Shown here: positions 9,726 to 18,975 of the stretch, piece by piece | Layout: each line of letters opens with the position of its first letter | Numbering within the stretch: position 1 is the stretch's first letter | Assembly (NCBI GenBank): GCA_964645315.1 | Contig: CAZYBH010000004.1 | Location: 853 to 64,852 of the forward strand | Direction: 5' to 3' | DNA length: 64,000 nt | Source: an uncultured Candidatus Saccharibacteria bacterium | GTDB taxonomy: Bacteria; Patescibacteriota; Minisyncoccia; Phycocordibacterales; PALSA-1337 | Translations under genes and position numbers: made by a program | The notes under the pieces: model-generated | What the model was told of the DNA's origin: nothing | The model's input: the letters and a program-made list of their open reading frames with translations, nothing else | Database searches by the model: none

Positions 9726-11078
9726 TTACAACATAGAACGAAGCTGATTTATTTCTTGTTCTAAGACAGTATCAGTCTTGATCTCCCCTTTTATCTTTTC
9801 GTAGGAGTGAATGGCTGTCGTATGGTCGCGACCACCAAGCTTCTCGCCGATCGAAGGGAAAGATACACCAAAATCTTCTCTCAAAAGGAAAATGATAACT
9901 TGTCTTGGTCTTACAACCTCTTTTCTACGGGTTTTATTGTAAATACTTTCTTCATCAATATTGTAAAATTCGGATACAACCTTGACGACATCTTTGATCA
10001 TAACCGTCTTTTTTGGTTTCGAGCTATTTTTGAGGATGTTTTTTACTTCATTTACGGTCAATTCTCGATTTCTAAGTTGGGTCTGACAAGCAATGACATT
10101 GATTATACCTTCTATCTCACGGATATTGTCGCTTATGGCTTCGGTAATAAGACCAATAGCTTCTTCTGGTAGAGATATAGAATGAGTAGCGCACTTTGTT
10201 TTGACTATGGCATTTCGAGATTCATTGTCTGGTTCGGGTATATCGACTATCATACCGACACTAAACCTACCTCTCAAACGATCCTCAAGGCCAGGAATGA
10301 CATTTGGGTGGCGATCAGAAGAAAAGATAAGTTGTCTTCCGGTATCGTGGAATGTATTGAAGAAATGAAATAATTCTTCTTGAAACTTCTCTTTATTTGA
10401 GAAGAATTGGACATCATCCATGATAATAACGTCGTATTTCCTGTATTTGTCTTTGAATGGCTGGACCTTACCTTCTTGGATGGCGACGAAAAACTCTGAT
10501 CCGAACTTTTCGGAGGTAAGATAATAGACTTTTTTGTTTGGGAAACTAGTCTTGATCTGATTGCCAATAGCTTGGATAAGGTGGGTTTTGCCTCTACCAG
10601 TAGAACCATAGACGAAAAGCGGGTTATAGACCATTCCTGGGCTTTTGATGACCGCTTGGGATGCTGCATGAGCCAATTCATTGAATGGGCCAACAACGAA
10701 ATTTTCGAAGGTATATCTGGGATTGAGATTGTCTTCTTTGTTTATGTAGAAATCCTGCAAAGGCATGGATATAGTCTGAGCAGAAAGGAGCTTTTTGTTC
10801 ATTTCTCCCCTCTTTTGGGCATCATCTTTGATAATAATGTACTCCAAAGCCCTGACATGATCATTTAGCTGTCTTAATATTCTTAAAATAGAATTGTGGA
10901 ATTTCTTATGAAGCCATTCTTGAGTAAAAGAATTTGGAACACCAAGATATACAACACCGTCTTCTTCCCTAATAATATTTGTCTCCTTGAACCATGTAGA
11001 AAAGTTTGCCTGGGAAACTCCAGATTGAATCTCGATCAAAGCCGTTTGCCACATCTTTGAAAAGTCTTGCATGCACAT
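9726..11078 (-). CDS. dnaA: Chromosomal replication initiator DnaA
   Basis: AAA+ Walker A GSTGRGKTHLIQAIGN, Walker B VIIMDDVQF, C-terminal DNA-binding helix GRDHTTAIHSYEKI. Start set at the ATG (MCMQDFSKMWQTAL) rather than the TTG-extended ORF reaching 11150. Confidence 0.93.
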   Translation of the reverse strand: MCMQDFSKMWQTALIEIQSGVSQANFSTWFKETNIIREEDGVVYLGVPNSFTQEWLHKKFHNSILRILRQLNDHVRALEYIIIKDDAQKRGEMNKKLLSAQTISMPLQDFYINKEDNLNPRYTFENFVVGPFNELAHAASQAVIKSPGMVYNPLFVYGSTGRGKTHLIQAIGNQIKTSFPNKKVYYLTSEKFGSEFFVAIQEGKVQPFKDKYRKYDVIIMDDVQFFSNKEKFQEELFHFFNTFHDTGRQLIFSSDRHPNVIPGLEDRLRGRFSVGMIVDIPEPDNESRNAIVKTKCATHSISLPEEAIGLITEAISDNIREIEGIINVIACQTQLRNRELTVNEVKNILKNSSKPKKTVMIKDVVKVVSEFYNIDEESIYNKTRRKEVVRPRQVIIFLLREDFGVSFPSIGEKLGGRDHTTAIHSYEKIKGEIKTDTVLEQEINQLRSML

Positions 11079-11268
11079 AGTATATACTTGTTTATAATTC
11101 TGAAAACTTGTGGAATGGTACAAAATATGTTGATAAGATGTTGATAACAATTTTTTAGTCTATTTTTAAAATAAATTATTAATTTTCCAAATTTCTAATT
11201 GTTTTGAACTGGATTTAATATAATTATTTTAAACTTGAAAAAATTTATAAATACTGTATAGTGTCTCC
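11079..11268. promoter_or_regulatory. Putative oriC / dnaA promoter region with tandem DnaA-box-like repeats and an AT-rich unwinding stretch
   Basis: Two direct TGTTGATAA repeats (one mismatch to TGTGGATAA) at 11128-11136 and 11139-11147. The same 9-mer occurs in inverted orientation at 9706-9714 between dnaA and dnaN. An AT-rich block follows at 11150-11268. Divergent rpmH/dnaA gene organisation. Confidence 0.5.
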
Positions 11269-11403
11269 ATGTCATTTACGTATAATCCAAACAAAAGAAA
11301 AAGAGCAAAGACTCACGGTTTTCGTGTCCGCATGAAAAGTCCTGGAGGCAAGAACGTCTTGGCTCGTCGCAGATCCAAGGGTCGTGCGCGCCTAGCTGTA
11401 TAA
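11269..11403 (+). CDS. rpmH: 50S ribosomal protein L34
   Basis: 44-aa [47 protein letters not shown] matching the L34 consensus. Missing from the ORF track because it is short. Confidence 0.9.
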   Translation: MSFTYNPNKRKRAKTHGFRVRMKSPGGKNVLARRRSKGRARLAV

Positions 11404-11405
11404 TT

Positions 11406-11741
11406 ATGCTTCCTAGCTCAAATAGGCTATCGGTAAAAGAGTTTAATGAAGTATTAGAAAAAGGAAGGGTTGTACACAATCCCCTTTTTTGGCTAAGAAC
11501 AATAAACTCCACAGACAAAACCCAAGTTTCGGTTATTTGCCCAAAAAAGGTTGGTAAAAATGCTGTTATTAGAAATAGATTTCGTAGGGTCGTTTACAGA
11601 TTAATTCAAGAAAATATCTTCAATTCTCTAGTTAATTCAAAAAATATCATATGTTTGAAAGATCCGGTAATTAAGGCCAACAGTACAGATTTGAGCCAAA
11701 ATTTAAAAGATATTTTTGTAAAAGCTAAGCTTTTGAAGTAG
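11406..11741 (+). CDS. rnpA: Ribonuclease P protein component
   Basis: RnpA RNR motif (VIRNRFRRVVYRLI); position directly after rpmH. Confidence 0.85.
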   Translation: MLPSSNRLSVKEFNEVLEKGRVVHNPLFWLRTINSTDKTQVSVICPKKVGKNAVIRNRFRRVVYRLIQENIFNSLVNSKNIICLKDPVIKANSTDLSQNLKDIFVKAKLLK

Positions 11742-11750
11742 AATAAGCCA

Positions 11751-12512
11751 ATGTACAATACACTAATATTTACTCCTCTCTATAATATTTTGGTAGAGAT
11801 AATGAATCTAATTCCAGGTATCGGTCTTGGTGTGGCAGTGATTATATTTACTATAGTTATAAAGGTTATTCTCTTCCCTTTGACCAAGAAGGCGCTTATT
11901 ACACAAGTCAAAATGAAGGCTATAGAACCCGAAGTCAATAAGATCAGGCTTCAGTATGCAAATAATAAGCAAGAGCAGGCCATCAAAATAATGGAATTTT
12001 ACAAAGCAAAAAATATTAAGCCTTTATTCGGTGTTTTGCTCATGTTTATTCAGTTGCCAATACTTTTTGCTTTGATTTCGGTTATTTATCATGTTATCCC
12101 TGAGGTCAATCCACAATATTTGTATTCTTTTGTAACCGTTCCTCATATTAGTACAACATTGTTTGGTATAGATATTACAAACAAAAGTTTGATTTTGGCT
12201 TTGCTTGTGGCTGTTTCTCAATATATTCAGCTCAAATACTCTGTTTCGATGCGCCAACAAAAATCCGTTAGTGACAAAATTTTGAAGAATGGTGGCAAAC
12301 TAGATGCACCATCCGAGATAGCAAACAATCTAAACAGTCAGATGAAAATCATGATGCCTATTTTGGCCTTTGTTTCGGTTTATTGGCTTATTCCTATCAA
12401 GTTCCCTGCCGCTTCGTCGGTTATCGCCATATATTGGATAGTAAGTTCACTCTTCACTCTTGCTCAAGAGTTGTATATCAAACGCAAACATCTAGGAGAA
12501 GAGATTGCTTAG
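11751..12512 (+). CDS. yidC: Membrane protein insertase YidC/Oxa1 (short form)
   Basis: Multi-TM 253-aa protein with a YidC-like core (KAL...QVKMKAIEPEVNKIRLQYANNKQEQ...FYK...NIKP); canonical rpmH-rnpA-yidC order. Confidence 0.88.
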   Translation: MYNTLIFTPLYNILVEIMNLIPGIGLGVAVIIFTIVIKVILFPLTKKALITQVKMKAIEPEVNKIRLQYANNKQEQAIKIMEFYKAKNIKPLFGVLLMFIQLPILFALISVIYHVIPEVNPQYLYSFVTVPHISTTLFGIDITNKSLILALLVAVSQYIQLKYSVSMRQQKSVSDKILKNGGKLDAPSEIANNLNSQMKIMMPILAFVSVYWLIPIKFPAASSVIAIYWIVSSLFTLAQELYIKRKHLGEEIA

Positions 12513-13798
12513 ATACCGACAAGATCTAGAGACCAAAGACTTAGATCGTCTTTGTTCATGAAGAATAGATAATCATCTTTGCTATCAGTGCTTAAATTGA
12601 AAGCATTTATTAGGCTATTACTGTTTAGGAGATTTGCTATCAATCGTACATCAGCGGATTTTATATTGTATTGCCAGATTTTGTCATTTGAAGTGACAAT
12701 TCCCTTATACCAATCATCTGGATAGACAGCGTTTGTAGGCAAAGAAGGTGTAGCACAATACAATAGCTCTTTATAGAAATTACCCCAAGTACATTTTTCT
12801 GCCAAGGTGCGCAATGTAGTCTCTATTGGCGTGCTTGAACCAACTTTGTATATATTTGTAAGAATATTTTGTTCCTTACCGGTTGAAGAGGTCAAAACAT
12901 ATTTTGCATCTTTACTGGTCTTTGTTGCTAGACCATTTATCGGACCAAGGATTTTTTTGAATAGGCCGGTTTTTGGATTGACGAAATATAAATATCCAGA
13001 GACATAAGCGCCTGCTTTTGTAGTGATTGAAATAGTATTTTCTTCCGGCCACTCAGATACTACTTGAGTAAGTGGTTGAGTGAAGATTTTTGTTACAGAA
13101 GTACCGTCAAATTTGGATATATAACCGACTCCTTGACCGTTTTCTTTTATTAGCATGAAAATCCTATCTCTCTTGGGAGAAACAGCATAAGCAATCATGT
13201 TTTCTGGCAGATTTTTGCCTCTCAAATTGTAAGGGGTAATGTTTGTCGTTGTGGCTTGAGTCGAACTGGCTTGTTTATTGAGTTTTGCATAGACAACATT
13301 TGGTGTATCAGAATTTGCTGGTATGATCGTGCCGATAAGAGCACCCAAATCTTTGCTCCAAACACTTTCATACATTCTAGGTATAACAGTGTTTGATAGT
13401 GTAGCAATCTCTGTACTATCGCCTTTGGTCTCCAAGACATTGCCCCTACCCCTCTCTATCCAGCGTATAATAGTCGTACTTGCAGTCGTGCTTGCTCCAT
13501 AACCACCGACGGGCTCTTGGCTCAATTGCCTAAGGCTTGGGGCTTTCTCATTTGAGATTGTAGATTGATTGCTTGAGCTTGTGGCCTCGGTTGTCTGGTT
13601 TGTATCGGGAGTTGTGGTGTTTTGTTGATCAACCATCTTGCCTCCAATAGGTACGAAACCTCCACTACTGCCATTGTTTGGATTTTGATTGGTTTGTAGA
13701 GTGCCATTGCCTGGTCCATAGAAGAACATATACCAATATACCCCACCAGCGATGAGTAGAAGTAGTACCGTGAAAATTATTATTTTTGTGGGTTTCAT
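12509..13798 (-). CDS. Bitopic protein: N-terminal TM anchor, Ser/Thr/Asn-rich linker, beta-rich extracytoplasmic domain (last gene of the T4SS-like operon)
   Basis: N-terminal hydrophobic helix IIIFTVLLLLIAGGVYWYMFFY; low-complexity linker; no recognisable catalytic motifs. Confidence 0.5.
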   Translation of the reverse strand: MKPTKIIIFTVLLLLIAGGVYWYMFFYGPGNGTLQTNQNPNNGSSGGFVPIGGKMVDQQNTTTPDTNQTTEATSSSNQSTISNEKAPSLRQLSQEPVGGYGASTTASTTIIRWIERGRGNVLETKGDSTEIATLSNTVIPRMYESVWSKDLGALIGTIIPANSDTPNVVYAKLNKQASSTQATTTNITPYNLRGKNLPENMIAYAVSPKRDRIFMLIKENGQGVGYISKFDGTSVTKIFTQPLTQVVSEWPEENTISITTKAGAYVSGYLYFVNPKTGLFKKILGPINGLATKTSKDAKYVLTSSTGKEQNILTNIYKVGSSTPIETTLRTLAEKCTWGNFYKELLYCATPSLPTNAVYPDDWYKGIVTSNDKIWQYNIKSADVRLIANLLNSNSLINAFNLSTDSKDDYLFFMNKDDLSLWSLDLVGI

Positions 13799-13800
13799 AA

Positions 13801-15030
13801 TTATTTTAGATACTCATTTTGATCTATGTCATTTATCATTGAATCACAATCTGAATCGAAAAGCTTTTTTAATTCAGGATCAGGACTTAATGATTGGCCA
13901 TTAGATTTTATTATTCTGGTCCAGGATTTCAAAAACTTAGTAGCTGCATCTTTGGAAGGAAAAGTTACGATCGTACCATCCGCATTGACCATTTCAACTT
14001 TTCCAGACGGTTTAATTTCTCTTACAGACATATTTGCAAGTTTAATCCTCTGAAGATTCAAGAGGTTTTGTCCGTAGGTGTCCAAGCGGTTAATTGGTTC
14101 AATGTCTACGGCTCCTACTTCTTGCAAATTTTTTATTCTCCTGTTTTTTAATTCAGTCAATGAGTCCTTATTTTTTCCTATTTCTTTCATTGCACGTTGC
14201 ATATCTTCCTGATTATACTTGTCTTCAAATGCTCCATCTATTCTGTTCAATGAGTCTCTTATGAGTCCATTTACATCTATCTTAAATTCGCTAATATTTA
14301 GACTTATAATTTTTTCGCTTACAATTTGAAGCTCACTTGCCCATTGTTTTTCGAGTTCTGATATTAGTTTTGCGTTTTCGGTAGAAGAAGCGGCGCTTTT
14401 GAGCTCGTTAATTTTTTTGGCAGTTTCGTTTGCTTTCGCAATAGCTTCTCGCAGCTCTGTTTTATCAGCACTAACCTCATTACCTATTTCATATCCTCGC
14501 ATCGTGTATTTTGATGTATCAGAAGCAACTGAATTCATAAGTTTTGCATACGCGTCATTTGCAAGTTCTGAATTAAAAGTTATTTCTGGTACCAAAGTAT
14601 TTGGTATTTCGGTAAGTCGAGGATCGACGGTGCGAAGAATTATAAATGAAGTTAGAACTAAGACAAGGCCTATAATGGCATTCTTTGCTCGATCAAGACT
14701 AGATTTTTTGTTTGTAACCGAGGTTGTGATTATGTATTCAAGACCTCCCCAGACCAATTGGACTACAGCGAAAGCGGCAGAAAGAGCGATGAGTAGATTG
14801 AAGGTATATTGAACATAAGTTTTGAAGTCTACTGTTTCCACCAATGAACCATTGCCATCTTTACAAGAGATTCCATTTCCCTCTATACATGGAAGTGGTG
14901 CTAGTACTGTATATTTACCATCAGAAGTGGTTTCGGCACCTCTCGATATGTGTGGCGTTGCTACAAGGCCAAGTCCTATCGATAAGGTTATAGTTAGAGC
15001 AAGGAGATTTTTTTTGAAATTATAAGACAT
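13801..15030 (-). CDS. Signal peptide + VirB2/TrbC-like two-helix pilin module fused to a ~270-aa coiled-coil C-terminal domain
   Basis: Cleavable signal peptide (…PHISRGAE), then two hydrophobic helices (FNLLIALSAAFAVVQLVWGGLEYI / IIGLVLVLTSFIILRTV) separated by a short basic loop (TNKKSSLDRAKNA). This is the topology of VirB2/TrbC pilins. The C-terminus is predicted coiled coil. The call rests on topology only. Confidence 0.4.
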   Translation of the reverse strand: MSYNFKKNLLALTITLSIGLGLVATPHISRGAETTSDGKYTVLAPLPCIEGNGISCKDGNGSLVETVDFKTYVQYTFNLLIALSAAFAVVQLVWGGLEYIITTSVTNKKSSLDRAKNAIIGLVLVLTSFIILRTVDPRLTEIPNTLVPEITFNSELANDAYAKLMNSVASDTSKYTMRGYEIGNEVSADKTELREAIAKANETAKKINELKSAASSTENAKLISELEKQWASELQIVSEKIISLNISEFKIDVNGLIRDSLNRIDGAFEDKYNQEDMQRAMKEIGKNKDSLTELKNRRIKNLQEVGAVDIEPINRLDTYGQNLLNLQRIKLANMSVREIKPSGKVEMVNADGTIVTFPSKDAATKFLKSWTRIIKSNGQSLSPDPELKKLFDSDCDSMINDIDQNEYLK

Positions 15031-15031
15031 A

Positions 15032-16048
15032 TTAATTATTGTTGGTGTCTATAGAATTAAACCTAATGGTAAAGTTTGAGCTGGCTTTTTGGAGTATGTC
15101 TTTTTTGTTTTTGATTGTTAATTCGATATTTGATGCACCGGATGAATTTTCTGGAGCACGGAGAGTAACTGATTGATTTTGAGATAATTCTGGTTTTTCG
15201 TAGTTATTTATCATCCATGTAAGTAGAAGATTGCCCAATCCATTGATTGGTTTATTGAAACCATAAGGTTGCATTATGACACTAACCTCTTTTTCTTTGC
15301 CGATAACGATATTTTCTGGCAAGATTTTGTTGTAAAGTGGTCCATATAGCGGATCATCGATATAAAAATTGAGACTAGGTGAGGCATAGCTTATGTTTAT
15401 GTATCCGGAGACTTTTTTCTGACCATCTCTTGTAAAAGCCGTGACTGTAATGGTCGTATCTCTGGGCACGATTTCACCCACTAGATTGAAACTTTGTTTG
15501 CCATAGCCACTTTGATCTTCGACACTTCGACTATTTCTCTTCCATTCATAAACAAGATTTTTTGGATCGTATTCTACACCTTTGGAATCAGCCAAATGAG
15601 GAATAGCAATAATATTTAGAGAATTTTGATAGGACACTGGTAATTTGCCCAAAAAGAGCGGTGGTGTATGGCCATCATTTTCTACAATCAAGTCTATAGA
15701 ACCAGAGCCGACTGACAATTTTCCTGAAACGCTAATGCCGTTTGATGAAAGGGCTTGGACTGTGACCAATGTCTCTTTGCCAAGAGCTGGGGCGGTGATC
15801 TCGTAGGAAGTTAGACCTGTACCCTTTTGGACTACCTTGTCATTTACTGACCAGGTCACATTTGCAGAATCTATATCTATGCTATAGCTACGCGCTCGGA
15901 TTGAGACTTTTTGACCTGGAGCGGGACTATCTATAGATGCGGTAAGCTCTAGACTATTTGCACTTACAGGTACACCTTGAGCATGAGCAAAGTCAAACTG
16001 AAATATAGAAAATGTTAGAGAAAATAATAAGAACAGAATTCTATTCAT
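15032..16048 (-). CDS. Secreted beta-rich protein (signal peptide), T4SS-like operon member
   Basis: Signal peptide MNRILFLLFSLTFSIFQFDFAHAQG; no TM beyond it; no identifiable domain. Confidence 0.55.
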   Translation of the reverse strand: MNRILFLLFSLTFSIFQFDFAHAQGVPVSANSLELTASIDSPAPGQKVSIRARSYSIDIDSANVTWSVNDKVVQKGTGLTSYEITAPALGKETLVTVQALSSNGISVSGKLSVGSGSIDLIVENDGHTPPLFLGKLPVSYQNSLNIIAIPHLADSKGVEYDPKNLVYEWKRNSRSVEDQSGYGKQSFNLVGEIVPRDTTITVTAFTRDGQKKVSGYINISYASPSLNFYIDDPLYGPLYNKILPENIVIGKEKEVSVIMQPYGFNKPINGLGNLLLTWMINNYEKPELSQNQSVTLRAPENSSGASNIELTIKNKKDILQKASSNFTIRFNSIDTNNN

Positions 16049-16081
16049 GGCTATATTTTAGCACAACAATTACAAAAACTA

Positions 16082-16519
16082 TTAGTCCAATCTTGGTGGA
16101 CGCACACCATTTTCATTGACCGGACTGGAACTATTGTAATTTGCATTTGAAGGCAATCTTACACCATCTTGGTATGCTGGCTTTCTTGGGTTGGAATATA
16201 TCTCTTCTTCGGCTTGTCGTTGTTTAAATTGAGCGTTGTCTTTTCGTGAAGCTTGATGAATGTAGAAAATATCTACTATCCAGGCCGGTGCAATTCCAAC
16301 AGAAAAAAACTCAGCTGCAGCAGTAAAACCAAGAAGTGAAATCAGTCTTGTGGGATGTTTTGTTAGATCTAAACCCCGCAATTTAAAATAACCAAAGAAT
16401 CCAATACCTATAAAAACATCAGCTAATAGATCAGCACCAGGAAAAAATATCTGAACAATATCGATTATAATAGCTACTATATAAACAAATATCCACTCGA
16501 TTATTCCTATTTTTGACAT
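16082..16519 (-). CDS. Small polytopic membrane protein (about 3 TM) with a Pro/Asn-rich tail, T4SS-like operon member
   Basis: Hydrophobic segments IIEWIFVYIVAIIIDIVQIFF, VFIGIGFFGYF, LISLLGFTAAAEFFSVGIAPAWIV. Confidence 0.55.
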   Translation of the reverse strand: MSKIGIIEWIFVYIVAIIIDIVQIFFPGADLLADVFIGIGFFGYFKLRGLDLTKHPTRLISLLGFTAAAEFFSVGIAPAWIVDIFYIHQASRKDNAQFKQRQAEEEIYSNPRKPAYQDGVRLPSNANYNSSSPVNENGVRPPRLD

Positions 16520-16520
16520 A

Positions 16521-18332
16521 TTATTGACCGGATTGCTCCAATTGCTTCTTTGCTTCCTTGATCTGCATAACTTGGGCTGGATTTGTGGTAATGATCTGAT
16601 CCTCGGTGTACGAACCTACGATTTTGATGGCGACATGCTTGAGTCCTACGAAGAATATACCCTCTCCCACGTCAGATTCTAGTAATAGATATTTCTCTTC
16701 ATCAGTAAGATTGAAGGTTTTTTGGATATGATCAATAACGGTTGGAGATTGCTTGAGTAGGATTTGCATTGAAGAGTTGGTAAGAATTGGCAAACCGTAA
16801 GGAGATTTGAGGAAGTCGTCCACGTCTTGGGTAATAGTTGCAAGACCAAGGAAATATTTGCGACCTCTCTTCGCTAGACCGAAAAGGAATGAGGCAGTAT
16901 CTTCTGATTTCATCATCCACCACGCCTCATCAATAACAAGAAGTCTTTTCTTGAGATTTTTGCGGATTGCATTCCAAATATAGTGAGTAACGATGTACAT
17001 AGCTACTGGTTTCAATTCGTCTTCCATGTCTCTTAGTGAAAAGACCACGAAGCGCTTATTGATATCGACATTTGTGGGACGATTGATGAAACTTGACCAG
17101 GTACCCTTTGTATATTTTGTAAGTCTTTGGACCAAAGATTCGGTGCCTTCCATTCCTGTCAAAACTAATTCGAAATCGGAAAGAAGCGGTGGCTCTATAT
17201 TGGCAAAATTGGATTCTGGAGTTATGTCTTTCAAAGCGTAGGTTTCGGTTATTGCCCTATCGATAATAGCGTCTTCTTCTTGAGTAAGCCCACCAAGCAT
17301 GATGCGGAATAGTCCAACTAGGTTTATTATATTTGAACGCAGAACATCACTAGCGGATTCATCTTCTCTTGGTATTGGTAGATCAAAAGGATTGATATGG
17401 TGTTCGGAATTGAGAGAAATGTTGAAATATTTGCCACCAGTAGCTGTGGACATATACTCATATTCTTTTTCGGGATCGATAACTATAACATCTGTATCAA
17501 ACATCAATGTTCTCAATATTTCTAGCTTGGTACAGTAGGATTTACCAGAACCAGCAACGGCAAAAGTAACTGAATTGTAATTTTCTAGGCTAAATCGATC
17601 AAATAAGACCAAAGAAGAATTGTGTCTATTTATGCCATAAAGTATGCCTTTGTCTGAAGTCAGGTCAAAAGAAACAAATGGAAATAGTGAAGAAAGTGGT
17701 GATGAATTGAGCTTTGAATTGACTTGAAGCATATCGTCACCTATCGGTATTACACTCTTGAAACCCTCTTCTTGTTGGAATAGGGCTGGTTTTACATAGA
17801 CAAGTTTGGATTCTAGTATTGATTTTATTTCTGATTCCAATTTGTCTAGCTCATTTTCATTGTCGGCAAAGATTGTAATATAAACACCAACATCAAAAAG
17901 GTGCTCTTGAGCTTGCATCAATTGATCGCGAAGATTTTCGAGATCTTGATAGGCTGTATCGAGCGATGGTTCGCGGACTAGACCCTTCTCTTCTCTTCTT
18001 GCTATCTGGCTTTGGACTTCAGCTACTTTCTTTTTGAAATGATGGAGAATCTTGGCTGTATCGACTGGATGAATGAAAATTGAAACATTAAAAACCTTGT
18101 CGAGATTGATTATTGGAGCAAACCAACCTTCATCGACAAATCTTGGATATGAAATGACGAAAAGTGTTCTGCCGATCTTTTCGCCTAAGTTGATATCTTT
18201 TGGGCTAATTTTGAGGGCGGAAGGAGCGATAATGTCTCTCAATTCCAAAACTCCAGCTTGATATATCTCTTCAGGCAAAACTGAGACTATTGGATCCTCT
18301 TTTTTACCAAATAATTTTGAAAAAAATGCCAT
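16521..18332 (-). CDS. virB4: VirB4/TrbE/CagE-family type IV secretion ATPase, ATPase (C-terminal) portion
   Basis: Walker A FAVAGSGKSYCTK; hallmark VirB4 Walker B LLVIDEAWWMM (DEAW); motif GLATITQDVDDF. Its start lies 1 nt after the stop of the upstream N-domain ORF. Confidence 0.8.
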   Translation of the reverse strand: MAFFSKLFGKKEDPIVSVLPEEIYQAGVLELRDIIAPSALKISPKDINLGEKIGRTLFVISYPRFVDEGWFAPIINLDKVFNVSIFIHPVDTAKILHHFKKKVAEVQSQIARREEKGLVREPSLDTAYQDLENLRDQLMQAQEHLFDVGVYITIFADNENELDKLESEIKSILESKLVYVKPALFQQEEGFKSVIPIGDDMLQVNSKLNSSPLSSLFPFVSFDLTSDKGILYGINRHNSSLVLFDRFSLENYNSVTFAVAGSGKSYCTKLEILRTLMFDTDVIVIDPEKEYEYMSTATGGKYFNISLNSEHHINPFDLPIPREDESASDVLRSNIINLVGLFRIMLGGLTQEEDAIIDRAITETYALKDITPESNFANIEPPLLSDFELVLTGMEGTESLVQRLTKYTKGTWSSFINRPTNVDINKRFVVFSLRDMEDELKPVAMYIVTHYIWNAIRKNLKKRLLVIDEAWWMMKSEDTASFLFGLAKRGRKYFLGLATITQDVDDFLKSPYGLPILTNSSMQILLKQSPTVIDHIQKTFNLTDEEKYLLLESDVGEGIFFVGLKHVAIKIVGSYTEDQIITTNPAQVMQIKEAKKQLEQSGQ

Positions 18333-18333
18333 A

Positions 18334-18975
18334 TTATCTAATTTGAATTGGCTTTTCGGTCTCGCCAGGATTGAAAAGCTTATAATATAATTCTACCACT
18401 TCTTCGGTACCTAGCTCGGCTGTTCTTATCCCACATCTTACAAGTCCTTGCTCTACGACAGCTATTCTCTGCTCAAGCTGGCTTCTATTTTCTTTGAATT
18501 GCATTTCGGCCGTCTCTTTTTGATCTTTGCCATGCGATCTACCAGGGAGAATCCTGGTAAGAGGATTGTTCGATATGCTTTGAGGGATCGGATCATAAGG
18601 CACTACGACAAAGAAACTTTTTGACATAATGTTTGTATTTTCTACAAAAGCCTTTACGAATTCTATATACTCGCGGACTTGAATTTTCATCAATTCGCTA
18701 ACCTGCTCTTTGTATCGATCTTCCAATAAAGCAATATATGGCCTTATATCGAGCTTTTTTGATTGGATTACAATTTGAACTGAGAAATCCAATGAGTTTA
18801 GGAAATTTTGGAATTGGAGAAGTATCGAAGCTTGCTCATCTTGAGACTTAAGAGCGAAGTTTAGAGATGAGGCCAATACAATAGATCTCATGCCTCCGTT
18901 TTTGAGGATAATAACCCCATCGCGAATCTCTTGAATGGGAACAAATTCTTGAGTTGTTTTTGAAGCTGTAGCCAT
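18334..18975 (-). CDS. VirB4 N-terminal domain encoded as a separate ORF (split VirB4)
   Basis: The pattern QEIRDGVIILKNGGMRSIVLASSLNFALKSQDEQ... matches the conserved start of VirB4/TraC N-domains (I-x-DG-x-I-x-x-x-G-x-x-x-x-x-I-x-L-x-G-x-x-F-x-L). 213 + 603 aa equals a typical full-length VirB4. Confidence 0.6.
   Translation of the reverse strand: MATASKTTQEFVPIQEIRDGVIILKNGGMRSIVLASSLNFALKSQDEQASILLQFQNFLNSLDFSVQIVIQSKKLDIRPYIALLEDRYKEQVSELMKIQVREYIEFVKAFVENTNIMSKSFFVVVPYDPIPQSISNNPLTRILPGRSHGKDQKETAEMQFKENRSQLEQRIAVVEQGLVRCGIRTAELGTEEVVELYYKLFNPGETEKPIQIR

Noticed and set aside
9726-11150. TTG-initiated 474-aa dnaA model
   Set aside because: The extra N-terminal 24 residues are non-conserved. 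The extension would cover the DnaA-box-like repeats. The ATG at 11078 gives the canonical DnaA N-terminus (…KMWQTALIEIQ).
11276-11518. 80-aa - strand ORF
   Set aside because: It is antisense to the clearly recognisable rpmH (L34) gene and the rnpA start.
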